Both the position numbers and the translations under genes were made by a program. Shown here one piece after another: positions 48,140 through 57,522 of a DNA stretch of 64,000 bases (its first letter is position 1; each line of letters starts with the position of its first letter). Origin of the DNA: Vulcanimicrobiota bacterium (GTDB lineage: Bacteria; Vulcanimicrobiota; Xenobia; Xenobiales; JADMJV01); assembly GCA_050250895.1 (NCBI GenBank), contig JBFWNU010000002.1, positions 663,659 to 727,658 on the forward strand, read 5' to 3'. The notes beneath the pieces are model-generated. The model saw only the letters and a program-made list of their open reading frames with translations. It made no database searches and had not been told where the DNA came from.

Positions 48140-48325
48140 GGCGCCGGCTTCTAAGCTCGGCCGATCAAATCCTATGTCCAGGGATTTACGGTTTGGCAAT
48201 CCCTGGCAAACAATTGTTAGGATTTTTAAAGATTTTGCAACAAAATTTCGGCCCCTCAGGGTTTAGGCGGAGGCTATCCTGGACTCACATAGATACAACA
48301 TCATGACAGGACAGGAGAGTGTGGA

Positions 48326-48493
48326 ATGGGAATCTTAGGCAACATTCTTTCCAACGTGAACGGCCCCGGTCTGGCCCAGGGCATCAAGGGCATCGTCAGC
48401 GCGGCCAAGTCTGGAAAGCAAGATAACATCATTGGGGCTTCGCTTGGAGTTTTTCAACAGATTCAAAATGCGGCTAAAGGCGCCAAAGGATAG
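48326..48493 (+). CDS. 55-aa amphipathic small protein (absent from ORF track)
   Basis: AGGAG at 48313-48317, ATG 48326, TAG 48491-48493; MGILGNILSNVNGPGLAQGIKGIVSAAKSGKQDNIIGASLGVFQQIQNAAKGAKG; AT-rich upstream region. Confidence 0.7.
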   Translation: MGILGNILSNVNGPGLAQGIKGIVSAAKSGKQDNIIGASLGVFQQIQNAAKGAKG

Positions 48494-48498
48494 CTTTC

Positions 48499-49017
48499 GT
48501 GGCTGACCTGGGAGGGGCGTTCCTCAGGGAATGCCCCTCTTGTCATTTTAGCAACCCAATCTCGGCCCTGCGCTGTCAGCAGTGCCAGGCCGCTCTCGGC
48601 GAACCCGAGCCGGTCTCGCTCGACTACACAGCCCACGACCACACTAACCTAGATGAGGACTACACCCCCTTGCACCAGTCTCCCAACTTGCTAGCCTTGC
48701 GTGAAGCGGTCGACGAGCTTCGTGCGGGCCAACTCGACTCGTCCGACTATACCGAAGTGGTCTCGGAAGTGCGTGATTCGGTCCGGCCAGCCCTGGCTCA
48801 ACTCGAGCAGGCGGCCGCGCAGATTCCTATCAACCTGCCCGAAAGCGTGAAAGCTTCTCTGAAGGCGGCTCTGGACCACAACCGGGCCTATCTCGAGGCT
48901 CTCGAGCTGATGCTAGACCAGCCCGAAGCGGGGTTGGCGGCCGCTCAGGCCGCCCTCGAAGGGCTCGACCGCCTCGAGCGCGAGGCGGCCCAGGCTGCGG
49001 CCGAACTGGGCCCATAG
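48499..49017 (+). CDS. Zinc-ribbon + helical hypothetical protein
   Basis: CPSC..N....RCQQC followed by a helical bundle. Confidence 0.65.
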   Translation: MADLGGAFLRECPSCHFSNPISALRCQQCQAALGEPEPVSLDYTAHDHTNLDEDYTPLHQSPNLLALREAVDELRAGQLDSSDYTEVVSEVRDSVRPALAQLEQAAAQIPINLPESVKASLKAALDHNRAYLEALELMLDQPEAGLAAAQAALEGLDRLEREAAQAAAELGP

Positions 49018-49027
49018 GGCCTGGCTC

Positions 49028-50605
49028 TTAGCCCTTGCGCTGAAATTCGAGTACTCCGTCGAGCGAGGGCAGGCGGGCCAGGGCCTGGCTGACCGGGTCG
49101 TCGGCGAGCCGGCGGCCTTCTTCGAAGTCCGCGATCTGCTCGGGAGTGAGTTCGGTGCCCCCAAAACTGCGTGGCAGGACGACTTCGTGGAGTTCGACCT
49201 CCTGGTCCATTCCGGCTGGACGGGCCCGGGCGATGAAGCGGCAGGGCACGTTGTCGGCCAGGCGAGAGCGGGTCTGCCCGGTGATCAACAGGGGCACGCC
49301 GAAAATCTTGGTCAGGCCCTCGAGGCGGGCCGCCTGATTGGCCGCCTGCCCGACCACGCCAAACTTGAATTGGCCCGCCGCTCCGACCTGACCGGTCATC
49401 ACCTGTCCCGACGCCACCCCGGCGCCGCAAGCGTGGCCCAGCCCCAGCGAAGTCTCGATCATCGAGGCGGCGGCCAGCACCGCCTGGGTGGCCGCCTCGG
49501 GTACCTCGACGGGGGCACCCCAGCAGGCCAGCAGGGCGTCTCCGATATAGTCGATGACAATGCCGTCGCGTTCGAACACGCAGGCCGACAGCCGGGTCAT
49601 GAGTTCGGTCAACTGTCGGTGGTAACTGGCCACATCTTGCTGTTCGAGGGTCCGGCAAGAACCTCGCATGTCGAAAAAGACCAGAGTGACGTCGAGCAGC
49701 CTCGGTTGCAACAGCACCTCGAAATCGGCCCCTTGCAGCAAGGGTCGCAGTTTCGGCGAGAAGAATTGACCGATCTGTTGGACTCGCGAGGCCACCAGAT
49801 AGTGGGACAAGGCCTCGCCGATCAGATCCACCAGCACGCTCTGTTCCTGGCCAGGATTGGCCCCTGCATCAAAGCCCTGGGCGTAAAGAGCGAAGGAGTC
49901 GGCCACCGGCACAGCCAGGGCCCAATGGACACCCATCGTCTGCGTGTAGTCGCCTTCTCGCTCGCTGAAGACGTGCTGAATCGTCTGGCCGTGCTCCAGC
50001 GCCGAACGAACCAGCCCTCGACTGGCGAGAAATTGATCGCCTGCCAGACAGGTGACGGGGTCTCCGGGGGCCACCAGGGCCACCTGCGTGTCCTTTGACA
50101 ACAGTCCTCGCAGCAGTTCGACCGCTCCCGCAAAAAGCTCGGCCTGCCCCGAGGCCCCTCGCAATCGGGGCAAAAGCTCGGTAATGGCGCGAAGGCACTG
50201 CTCCGCTCGCAGGCTGCGCATGGTCTGGCGCTGGTCCGGAGCCAGGATCAGCTCGGTGGGCGAGGCTTTCGGACGCACGGCCGGCCCGGCCATCAAGCCA
50301 AACGAAGAGCGACCGGCGCTAAAGTGATCTCCTGGCTCGATCTGAAACGACTCGGCGGCCAGCGACCGGTAGTAGATGGGGTTGGTGGCCTCGGGACAGC
50401 GCCGCACGGCCAGCCTGTCGTGCTGGACTTCGATCACGAAATGCTGGCGCGATAGGCTGGGGTCGCCGGCCACCCCGATCTTGTCCAGGTCGTCGGTGGC
50501 CGTGGCCCGGCCCACGGTTCTGGCCTCTTGACCGAGGGGAAAGCGGGCCGAGACCCCATCAGGAGTCTCGACCGTCAACCAGTAGGTGAACTCGCCCCCG
50601 TTCAC
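49028..50605 (-). CDS. FHA + GAF-like + class III nucleotide cyclase
   Basis: FHA: VGR..SLSRQHF..TNP; cyclase: FFDMRG, YIGDALLACWG, ANQAARLEG. Confidence 0.85.
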   Translation of the reverse strand: MNGGEFTYWLTVETPDGVSARFPLGQEARTVGRATATDDLDKIGVAGDPSLSRQHFVIEVQHDRLAVRRCPEATNPIYYRSLAAESFQIEPGDHFSAGRSSFGLMAGPAVRPKASPTELILAPDQRQTMRSLRAEQCLRAITELLPRLRGASGQAELFAGAVELLRGLLSKDTQVALVAPGDPVTCLAGDQFLASRGLVRSALEHGQTIQHVFSEREGDYTQTMGVHWALAVPVADSFALYAQGFDAGANPGQEQSVLVDLIGEALSHYLVASRVQQIGQFFSPKLRPLLQGADFEVLLQPRLLDVTLVFFDMRGSCRTLEQQDVASYHRQLTELMTRLSACVFERDGIVIDYIGDALLACWGAPVEVPEAATQAVLAAASMIETSLGLGHACGAGVASGQVMTGQVGAAGQFKFGVVGQAANQAARLEGLTKIFGVPLLITGQTRSRLADNVPCRFIARARPAGMDQEVELHEVVLPRSFGGTELTPEQIADFEEGRRLADDPVSQALARLPSLDGVLEFQRKG

Positions 50606-50609
50606 CGGG

Positions 50610-53600
50610 TCACTTCACGCTCCAGGGGTTGGAAGGGGCGGGCGCCGGAGCCGGGGCCGGACGCCAGGGAGCCGGGGCCGGAGCGGGACGATAGACCGGC
50701 GCCGGCGGGGGGCGGTAGACGGGCGCTGGCGGGGGCGGCGGGACGTAGCGGTCGAGTTGGATGGACTTGTTGACGGTTTCACCCGGACCCAGCTGGACCT
50801 TCTCGGTATGAGCCAGCCAACCCGACTTGGTCAGTCCGAGGGTGTATTGCTTGGCCGCCAGTCCGGTGACTTCGCAGGGTGTCTCTCCCTTGACGGCCCC
50901 GTTGATCTTGACGGTGGCCCCGGATGGGTCCGAGGTAATCTTCAAAGTCGAGGGCAGGGCCTCGAGAGTCAACTCGAGTTCTTCGGGCTTTTCGAGCTGG
51001 TAGGATTTGGTCACGGGGGCGTAGCCGTCGAGAGCGATCTTGACCTCATAGTCACCATGGGGCAACTTGGAGAGTTTGACCGGCGTCTTCCCGCTCTCCT
51101 TGCCATTGACGGTCACGGTGGCCCCGGCTGGCTGGGTGGTGACCGAGAGAGTGGTCACGAGCGGCTTGAGAGTCGCTTCGACCCTGGCCTGCTGGTGAGG
51201 CTCGACTACCACCGGGGCGGTGAATTCGGCAAAGCCTTTCTTGCGAATGGTCAGGTTGTGTTCACCCGGGGCCAGCAGAATGCTCTTGGGGGTCTGTCCC
51301 AGCGAGTCTCCGTCGACCAGCAGTTCGGTGTTCTCGGGCTGGACGACCAGCTCGATTTCGCCGGTAAGGCGGGTCATCTCGAGGGTCAACTCGCGGGTCT
51401 TTTCGCCTTCGAGTGTGAAGGTCTTCTCGACCGGGTCATAGCCGTCGAGCTCGGCCTGGAGTTTGTGTTCGCCGGGCCGAAGCTTCACCTCCAGAGGGGC
51501 TACCCCCCGCGGCTCGCCGTCGATGGTGAGGTTGGCTTTGACCGAACCGCAGCTGATGGTCACCTGGGTTTTTCGTGCTCCGGGAAAGAAGAACGCGGTG
51601 ACCGCGAGCCCGGCCAGGATGAACAGGATTACCGCGATGGTGGAGGCCGGCGAGTGCGGTCGGTGTTCAGCCGCCACAGGGACCGGTTCGCGTTGCTCGA
51701 CGACTCGGACGGGTGCTGGGACCGGTTCGGGTTCGGGACTCGGCGGCGGGGCGGCCGCGGGTTCGACCAGCGGCTCTGTTTCGGGCTCTAGCTCGGCCGG
51801 CGCCTGGGGCACAGGCGCTTCGGCCCTGGGCTGCTCGCCCGACTTCCACTCGCCGCTGGGATGGCGGGCGGCCAGATCTTCGAGCTTTTGATCGATGTGT
51901 TCGGCAGCCCGCCCGAAGCCCAGCTCTTGCAAGCGTCGGTGGGCCTGACGATAGGCGGCGGCGGCTTCAGAATACTGTTCGGTTTTCTCGCGCAGGGCCC
52001 CTAGAGCGGCGGCGTCTTCCCCCAACTCGTTGAGGCTGTCGGCCAGGCGCACCATCGTCCGTCGGGCCAGCCGGGGGCTGAGTTCGGCCTTGAAACGTTC
52101 GCCCAGTTCGTCCCACACCAGACGAAACCGCTCGACCCCGTGAAATTCTGTGTTTTCGACGGCTCCCAGGGCGGTCAGCTGTTCGAGTATTTCGTCGACT
52201 TTTTCTTCGGACAGGCCACAGGCTGACACCATCAGGTCGAAAGTGAACGGACAGGGAGCCAAAACGGCCGTCCGCAACACGGATTTGAACTCGTCGTTCT
52301 GGCTCTGGATATAGGTCCAGGCGGCTTCAATGGGATGAACCGGCGGTGGTACGGGTTTGGGGCCAAGACACCCTGCGCCTTTGAGGGCGGTCAGATTTTG
52401 CCGGAAAAGGCGCAACGAGCCGGCCGCCCGGGTGACCAGCCAGGAACGTAGTAGACCGGTCACCTCTTGAGCCTGGAAGAATTCGTCATCGAGCTGTCCC
52501 AGGCAGACCTCCTCGACGCCCTCGAGGTCGCCCAGGCGAGCGGCCCGCGTGGAACTGAGCGATAGCAACAGGGCTGTGCCCTCGGGAACCGGTTGGCCGA
52601 GCCATCCTAGCACGCGGTCGAGGAGTTCGTCGGGCAGCCGTTCGGCGTCATCCACCAGCACCACGCAGGGGCGGGGGAGGTGGGCAGTCAAGTCGGCGAA
52701 AGTCTGCTGAGCCAGCCGCTCTGGGTCGAGTTCGAGGATCTGGCCCCAATGCTCGACGGTGGCCGCCACCCCGGCCAACGGAGACAGAACCCGGGCGGTC
52801 GCCAGGCGGCGGGCCAGCTGGGCCACCATCCAGCTGCGGCCAAGGCCCGTACCGGCCGACAACAGCACGCGGTTTGGGCTGTTGAGCAGGTATTGCTCGA
52901 GTTCGTCGAGCTCGCGTTCTCGCCCGATCTTCGGGGGGTGAAAGCTCTCGGCCAGGGCCCGGAGCGTCTCGCCCAGTTCGACGGCCGAATGGGGTCGTTG
53001 CTCGGGATCCTTGCGGAGTAGCTCGTCGATCAGCTTGACCACGCCTTCAGGCAGGTCGGGGTTGAAGTCGTTGGCTTTGGGCGGAGCTTTCTGGACGTGG
53101 GCGTGCAGGGTCTCGTATTCGCTTCCGGCCGTAAACGGCAGCCGGCCGGTCACGGCCTCGAACAGGCAAATCCCGAGCGAGTAGAGATCGGCCGAGGGGG
53201 TGACATCGCTGGACAAGATCTGTTCTGGGGCCACATATTGGTAGGTTCCCAGGATCGAGCCGGCCTCGGTGAGCTTGGTGTTTCGCTCCATCTCGCGGGC
53301 CACCCCGAGGTCGGCCAGTTTGGGGGTGCCGGCGGCGTCGACCAGGATGTTTTCGGGCTTGAGGTCACGGTGCACGATGCCGCGCCGATGCAGGTGGTCA
53401 AGGCCGGCGCAGACCAGGCTGAAGGTTTCGAGCAAGGCCGGCAGGCTGGGTGTGGTGGTTAGATAGGCCCGCAAATCCCCGCCGCCGACATACTCCATGA
53501 CCAGATAGTCGCGGCCGTCGTACTCGCCTACCTCGAGGAAAGAAACCACGTTGGGGTGGGACAGGCTGGCCAGTTTGCGGGCCTCGCGACGAAACCGCTC

Positions 53601-53753
53601 GGTGCTGGGGCAATCCTCTTTGAGGATTTTGACAGCCACCTCGCGGTCGTGTTCGGTGTCTACCGCTCGGTAGACGATGCTCATCCCGCCACGCCCCAGC
53701 TCTTCTATAACCTTATAGCGGGGGGGGAGCAGGCGATTTCCGTCGATGCTCAC
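50610..53753 (-). CDS. Ser/Thr protein kinase + degenerate AAA/STAND-like region + TM + PEGA repeats + Pro-rich tail
   Basis: LGRGGMSIVY, VAVK, HRDLKPEN, DLG, APEQ; IGRERELDEL..GTGLGRS..VDDAE; TM; about four PEGA units (GxTP); GTG start at 53753 assumed. Confidence 0.88.
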   Translation of the reverse strand: MSIDGNRLLPPRYKVIEELGRGGMSIVYRAVDTEHDREVAVKILKEDCPSTERFRREARKLASLSHPNVVSFLEVGEYDGRDYLVMEYVGGGDLRAYLTTTPSLPALLETFSLVCAGLDHLHRRGIVHRDLKPENILVDAAGTPKLADLGVAREMERNTKLTEAGSILGTYQYVAPEQILSSDVTPSADLYSLGICLFEAVTGRLPFTAGSEYETLHAHVQKAPPKANDFNPDLPEGVVKLIDELLRKDPEQRPHSAVELGETLRALAESFHPPKIGRERELDELEQYLLNSPNRVLLSAGTGLGRSWMVAQLARRLATARVLSPLAGVAATVEHWGQILELDPERLAQQTFADLTAHLPRPCVVLVDDAERLPDELLDRVLGWLGQPVPEGTALLLSLSSTRAARLGDLEGVEEVCLGQLDDEFFQAQEVTGLLRSWLVTRAAGSLRLFRQNLTALKGAGCLGPKPVPPPVHPIEAAWTYIQSQNDEFKSVLRTAVLAPCPFTFDLMVSACGLSEEKVDEILEQLTALGAVENTEFHGVERFRLVWDELGERFKAELSPRLARRTMVRLADSLNELGEDAAALGALREKTEQYSEAAAAYRQAHRRLQELGFGRAAEHIDQKLEDLAARHPSGEWKSGEQPRAEAPVPQAPAELEPETEPLVEPAAAPPPSPEPEPVPAPVRVVEQREPVPVAAEHRPHSPASTIAVILFILAGLAVTAFFFPGARKTQVTISCGSVKANLTIDGEPRGVAPLEVKLRPGEHKLQAELDGYDPVEKTFTLEGEKTRELTLEMTRLTGEIELVVQPENTELLVDGDSLGQTPKSILLAPGEHNLTIRKKGFAEFTAPVVVEPHQQARVEATLKPLVTTLSVTTQPAGATVTVNGKESGKTPVKLSKLPHGDYEVKIALDGYAPVTKSYQLEKPEELELTLEALPSTLKITSDPSGATVKINGAVKGETPCEVTGLAAKQYTLGLTKSGWLAHTEKVQLGPGETVNKSIQLDRYVPPPPPAPVYRPPPAPVYRPAPAPAPWRPAPAPAPAPSNPWSVK

Positions 53754-53975
53754 TGGCCGCCTGTATTCGGGGTTGGACCTCGAGGATCCCTGGCGACAAG
53801 GGGGTTGGGCTGATCGGCTGATAGTCACGGTGCAACCTTAGTTTAGCACCGATGGCGGGGGCGACCATGCGAACAGCTTCACTTTGTGGGCTTGATCACT
53901 GGAGTGTGGATCGGATACCCCATCAGTCTACCGGGGTAGGCTTCAACTGAGTGGCCAGGCTCTTATCATTTGAAG

Positions 53976-55097
53976 ATGGGTAACCATCATCGAGCCGAAG
54001 TGGCCACAAGTCCAAGCCCACCGGCGAATGCCGCCACTATCATGGTGGTGGATGACCTGGCGCTCAGTCGCTCGATCCTGGCGAGCATTCTGCAGGCGGA
54101 AGGGTTCCACGTCGTCGAGGCCGAGCACGGGCTTGCCTGCCTCGAACTGTGCGCTCAGACGCGGGTTGACCTGATCCTTCTCGATATTAGAATGCCAGAA
54201 TTGGACGGTTACGATACCTGTTCCCGGCTCAAGGCCGATGCCTCGACCTCCGAGATCCCGGTGATCTTCCTCAGCGCTCTTTCCGAGGTAGAAGATAAGG
54301 TGAAAGGCTTCAACGTTGGCGGGGTGGACTTCTTGACCAAGGGTTCTCATCGGGCCGAAGTGATGGCTCGGGTCAATACTCACCTCAGCCTGCGCCGCAT
54401 GAAGCAAGAACTCGAAGACTACAACCGCTGGCTGGAAAAGCGGGTGAAAGAGAAGGTCAAAGAGTTGGCCGAGGCTCAGTTCGCCACCATCCAGGCACTG
54501 GTCTCTTTGGCCGAGAGGCGTGATCAGTCCACCGGAGAGCACCTCGAGCGCACTCGCCGCTATTGCAGGCTTCTGGCCGAGGGTTTGCAGCGGATGCCCG
54601 CTTACCAGGAGGTGATCGACGAAGAGTTCATCGAGAATCTTTATCAGGCCGCTCCGCTCCACGACATCGGCAAGGTGGCCGTTCCAGACACCATTCTGGC
54701 AAAGAACGGTCGGCTCAACGAGGAAGAGTTCGAGCTGATCAAAACCCACACGGTCGAGGGGCACGCTACCCTCGAGTCGGTGGCCCGCACTTACCCCCGC
54801 AACGCCCTGGTGAACATGGGCCAGGAGATCGCCCGCTGGCACCACGAGCGCTGGGACGGGTCGGGTTATCCTGATGGCCTGGTAGGGGCCGCCATCCCCC
54901 TGTCGGCCCAGATTATGGCCGTGGCCGACGTTTACGACGCGCTGACCAGCGCCAGGTCCTATAAGCGTGCCTGGACTCACGAAGAGGCTTGCGCGGCCAT
55001 CGCGGGTGAGGCCGGAAAGCATTTCTCGCCCGACATCGTCCAGGCTTTCACCGAGGTCGAAGAGAGTTTCGCTGCCGGGGCCTACGGACAGGAATAG
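53976..55097 (+). CDS. Response regulator with HD-GYP c-di-GMP phosphodiesterase domain
   Basis: REC (VVDD, LLDIRMP); TGEHLER, LHDIGK, HHERWDGSGYP, ADVYDAL. Confidence 0.93.
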   Translation: MGNHHRAEVATSPSPPANAATIMVVDDLALSRSILASILQAEGFHVVEAEHGLACLELCAQTRVDLILLDIRMPELDGYDTCSRLKADASTSEIPVIFLSALSEVEDKVKGFNVGGVDFLTKGSHRAEVMARVNTHLSLRRMKQELEDYNRWLEKRVKEKVKELAEAQFATIQALVSLAERRDQSTGEHLERTRRYCRLLAEGLQRMPAYQEVIDEEFIENLYQAAPLHDIGKVAVPDTILAKNGRLNEEEFELIKTHTVEGHATLESVARTYPRNALVNMGQEIARWHHERWDGSGYPDGLVGAAIPLSAQIMAVADVYDALTSARSYKRAWTHEEACAAIAGEAGKHFSPDIVQAFTEVEESFAAGAYGQE

Positions 55098-55275
55098 TCC
55101 TTTCGTCGAAGCTTGGCGGGCTGCTGGCCAAGGCGGGAACGGCTTTGGCAGCCATCCCGCCCTGGGACGACTACTTGCCCGATTTCGACCCTCACACGAG
55201 CATTGAGGCCCCACCGTGGGACTCTCGACTGGTCGGGCTGCCCCAGGTCGAGAGCTCGGGCCCATCTTCAGCCAG

Positions 55276-57393
55276 CTAGCCCATGAGAAGTGCCTTTTGT
55301 TCGGTCCTGAGCAGTTCGATGTTTGGCTCGAGTCCGACTTCCCGTCGAAGTTCTTGCTTGAGGTTGGCCAGACAGCGTAGAGCGGCCTCGGGGCGACTCT
55401 GCGCCAGGTAAGCCTCCATAGTCATCAGAGCCGCCACCTGATGGCAGCGGTCGAGTTCGAGCACTCGTTCGCCACCGAGCGCTGCGATCGCATGGTCTGA
55501 TCGCTCTGCGGCTCGTTCGGCGATGGTCTGATAGAAGCGAACCAGATCGCGCTCGAGTTGGTCGCGAATCAGCAGGGCCCAGTCTTCGTAGCTGCCGGCG
55601 CAGAAGGGGCCTCGGTAGAGGCGGTTGGCCTGCTCGAGCAGGTCGCTCACCTCGTTCCACGCGAACTCGCCGCCGATGCCTCGGGTCAGCGCCTCTTGAA
55701 GCTGAGAGTAGTCGTGCCAGTGCGGCACCGCGAAGTTGAAGCCGATGTAGCCCTGATTGCGAATCACAGCTCCAGGGGCCAGATCTTCGAGGGTCTTGCG
55801 GATGCTCGAGGTGACCTGATTGACGCGCCGGCGGGCTTTGATCGCGTTGTCTGGCCAGAAGGTCTCCATCAAGACCTCTTCGGCGACCGGTCGGGGGTGC
55901 ACCAACAAGTAGGCCAGCACCGACATGGGTTGGCGACCGCCAAAATCCCGGGTGTCGACCCGGTGTTCTCCTTTGAATACCTCAAAGCCGCCCAGGGAGT
56001 GAAAGCGCAGCGACGGCCGTTCGGGCTTGACCTCGCCAGCCGCCTGCATCGAGGCCAGGCGACGCTCGGCCTCGTCGCGTAGCGGGCCGCTGCCCAGACT
56101 GCGTTTGACCTGGGCCGGGGCCTCGCGATGAAACCAGGCCAGGGTCCGACGACTGAGCGGGGTTTCGGGCCGGCGCAGCAGTCCGGGTAACACCCACCAG
56201 AGACTTTCCAGCAGAACGTCCTGATTGATGGCGCGCAACATGATCGTTAGTAAAGGGTCGAGAAGTTCCCCGTCGGGGTCGGGCTGGTCGCTGAGCAACA
56301 GCAGGGCGAGGCTGGCCCGGGTATGGCTGAGACTTCCCTCTGGAGCCTCCTGTCGAACCAGCCTGAGGCTGTCCACGGCTCGAGCACGGCCCATTCTGGC
56401 CAGGGTCAGCCCACCTTCCAGGTGGGCATGACAGGCCAGTTCTGGCGACAGCTCTCGGGCCAGCTCGAAGGCCCGTTCTACATGTTCCTGGGCCGCCTCG
56501 GGGGCGCCCCTGAGCGCTTCCAGGCGGGCCAATCCCAGGCACGCCTCAAGCCGGGTTCGGCCGGTAGGTTGGCCGGCCAGCAGGTCGCAGTAGTTGGAAC
56601 GCGCGGTCTCGAGGTCGCCCGCCACCTCGCACAAGTAGGCGGCCGTGAGCAAACCGTCTTCTTGCTGTCGCTGCTGACCGCTGCGCTCGAGTTGACGCAC
56701 CAGCACCCCCGTCTCGCCCTGGCAGTCGGGATAACGCTCCAGTTGTCCCAAGACCTCTTTGAGGCGAGGGTACTTCCCGTCGATGAGTTCCGTCAGGGCG
56801 GCGGGCGTGCCCGCATCCGGTCCAGGCCCCAGGGCCACCAGGGCGGCTAACTCGAGGCCTTCGGCCTGTTCTTCAAAGCCCAGCGCCTCGGCCGCTAGCT
56901 TGGCCAGACCCGCTCGCTCGACGGCCTCGAGGCCGGGACGCACGGGCTGCTCCTTGGTGAGCAACCAGACGGCCGTGTCGCGCGCTAGTTGGTGATTGCG
57001 CCGATGCAAACGCGTGCGCAGGATTCGTTGCTGGACTCGGGCCACCGCTTCGCGAAACTCTGGCAACTCGAACGGCTTGCGCAGATACTCGCTGACTCCC
57101 AGTCGGACGGCTCGGATCGACTCTTCTTCGGTCGAGTAGCCGGTTATCACGATGCTTTCCAGGTCGGGCCGCTCCTGCTTCATACGCCTGAGCGCTTCCA
57201 GCCCATCGATGCCTGGCACTTTGATGTCGGTCACCACCAGTTCGAAGTCGTTGCTATGGGCCAGAGCCAGCCCTAGTTCGGCGTTGGAGGCGGACTGGAC
57301 CGAAAATTCCTCGTCGTCTAACGCCTCAACCAGCAAGTCGCGCAGATTATCATCGTCTTCGACGATCAATATGCGTATCTGGGGTGCTTCCAT
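55276..57393 (-). CDS. REC + TPR-like + winged-helix/BTAD (SARP-like) regulator
   Basis: IVEDD, VTDIKVPG, KPF; LGGFEV, LMETFWPD, LYRGPF..EDW, MEAY. Confidence 0.85.
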   Translation of the reverse strand: MEAPQIRILIVEDDDNLRDLLVEALDDEEFSVQSASNAELGLALAHSNDFELVVTDIKVPGIDGLEALRRMKQERPDLESIVITGYSTEEESIRAVRLGVSEYLRKPFELPEFREAVARVQQRILRTRLHRRNHQLARDTAVWLLTKEQPVRPGLEAVERAGLAKLAAEALGFEEQAEGLELAALVALGPGPDAGTPAALTELIDGKYPRLKEVLGQLERYPDCQGETGVLVRQLERSGQQRQQEDGLLTAAYLCEVAGDLETARSNYCDLLAGQPTGRTRLEACLGLARLEALRGAPEAAQEHVERAFELARELSPELACHAHLEGGLTLARMGRARAVDSLRLVRQEAPEGSLSHTRASLALLLLSDQPDPDGELLDPLLTIMLRAINQDVLLESLWWVLPGLLRRPETPLSRRTLAWFHREAPAQVKRSLGSGPLRDEAERRLASMQAAGEVKPERPSLRFHSLGGFEVFKGEHRVDTRDFGGRQPMSVLAYLLVHPRPVAEEVLMETFWPDNAIKARRRVNQVTSSIRKTLEDLAPGAVIRNQGYIGFNFAVPHWHDYSQLQEALTRGIGGEFAWNEVSDLLEQANRLYRGPFCAGSYEDWALLIRDQLERDLVRFYQTIAERAAERSDHAIAALGGERVLELDRCHQVAALMTMEAYLAQSRPEAALRCLANLKQELRREVGLEPNIELLRTEQKALLMG

Positions 57394-57522
57394 CGGGTTG
57401 CGGATTCCTTTGCCGCCGCTTGCCTCCCTTCTGGAGTCGGCGACCGCCCTTGTTTACAGGAAGTTCACTTTAAGGAGCGGCCGAAGAGAACCGGCAGAAC
57501 GGCGCGGGCTAACCTTTGAGCC

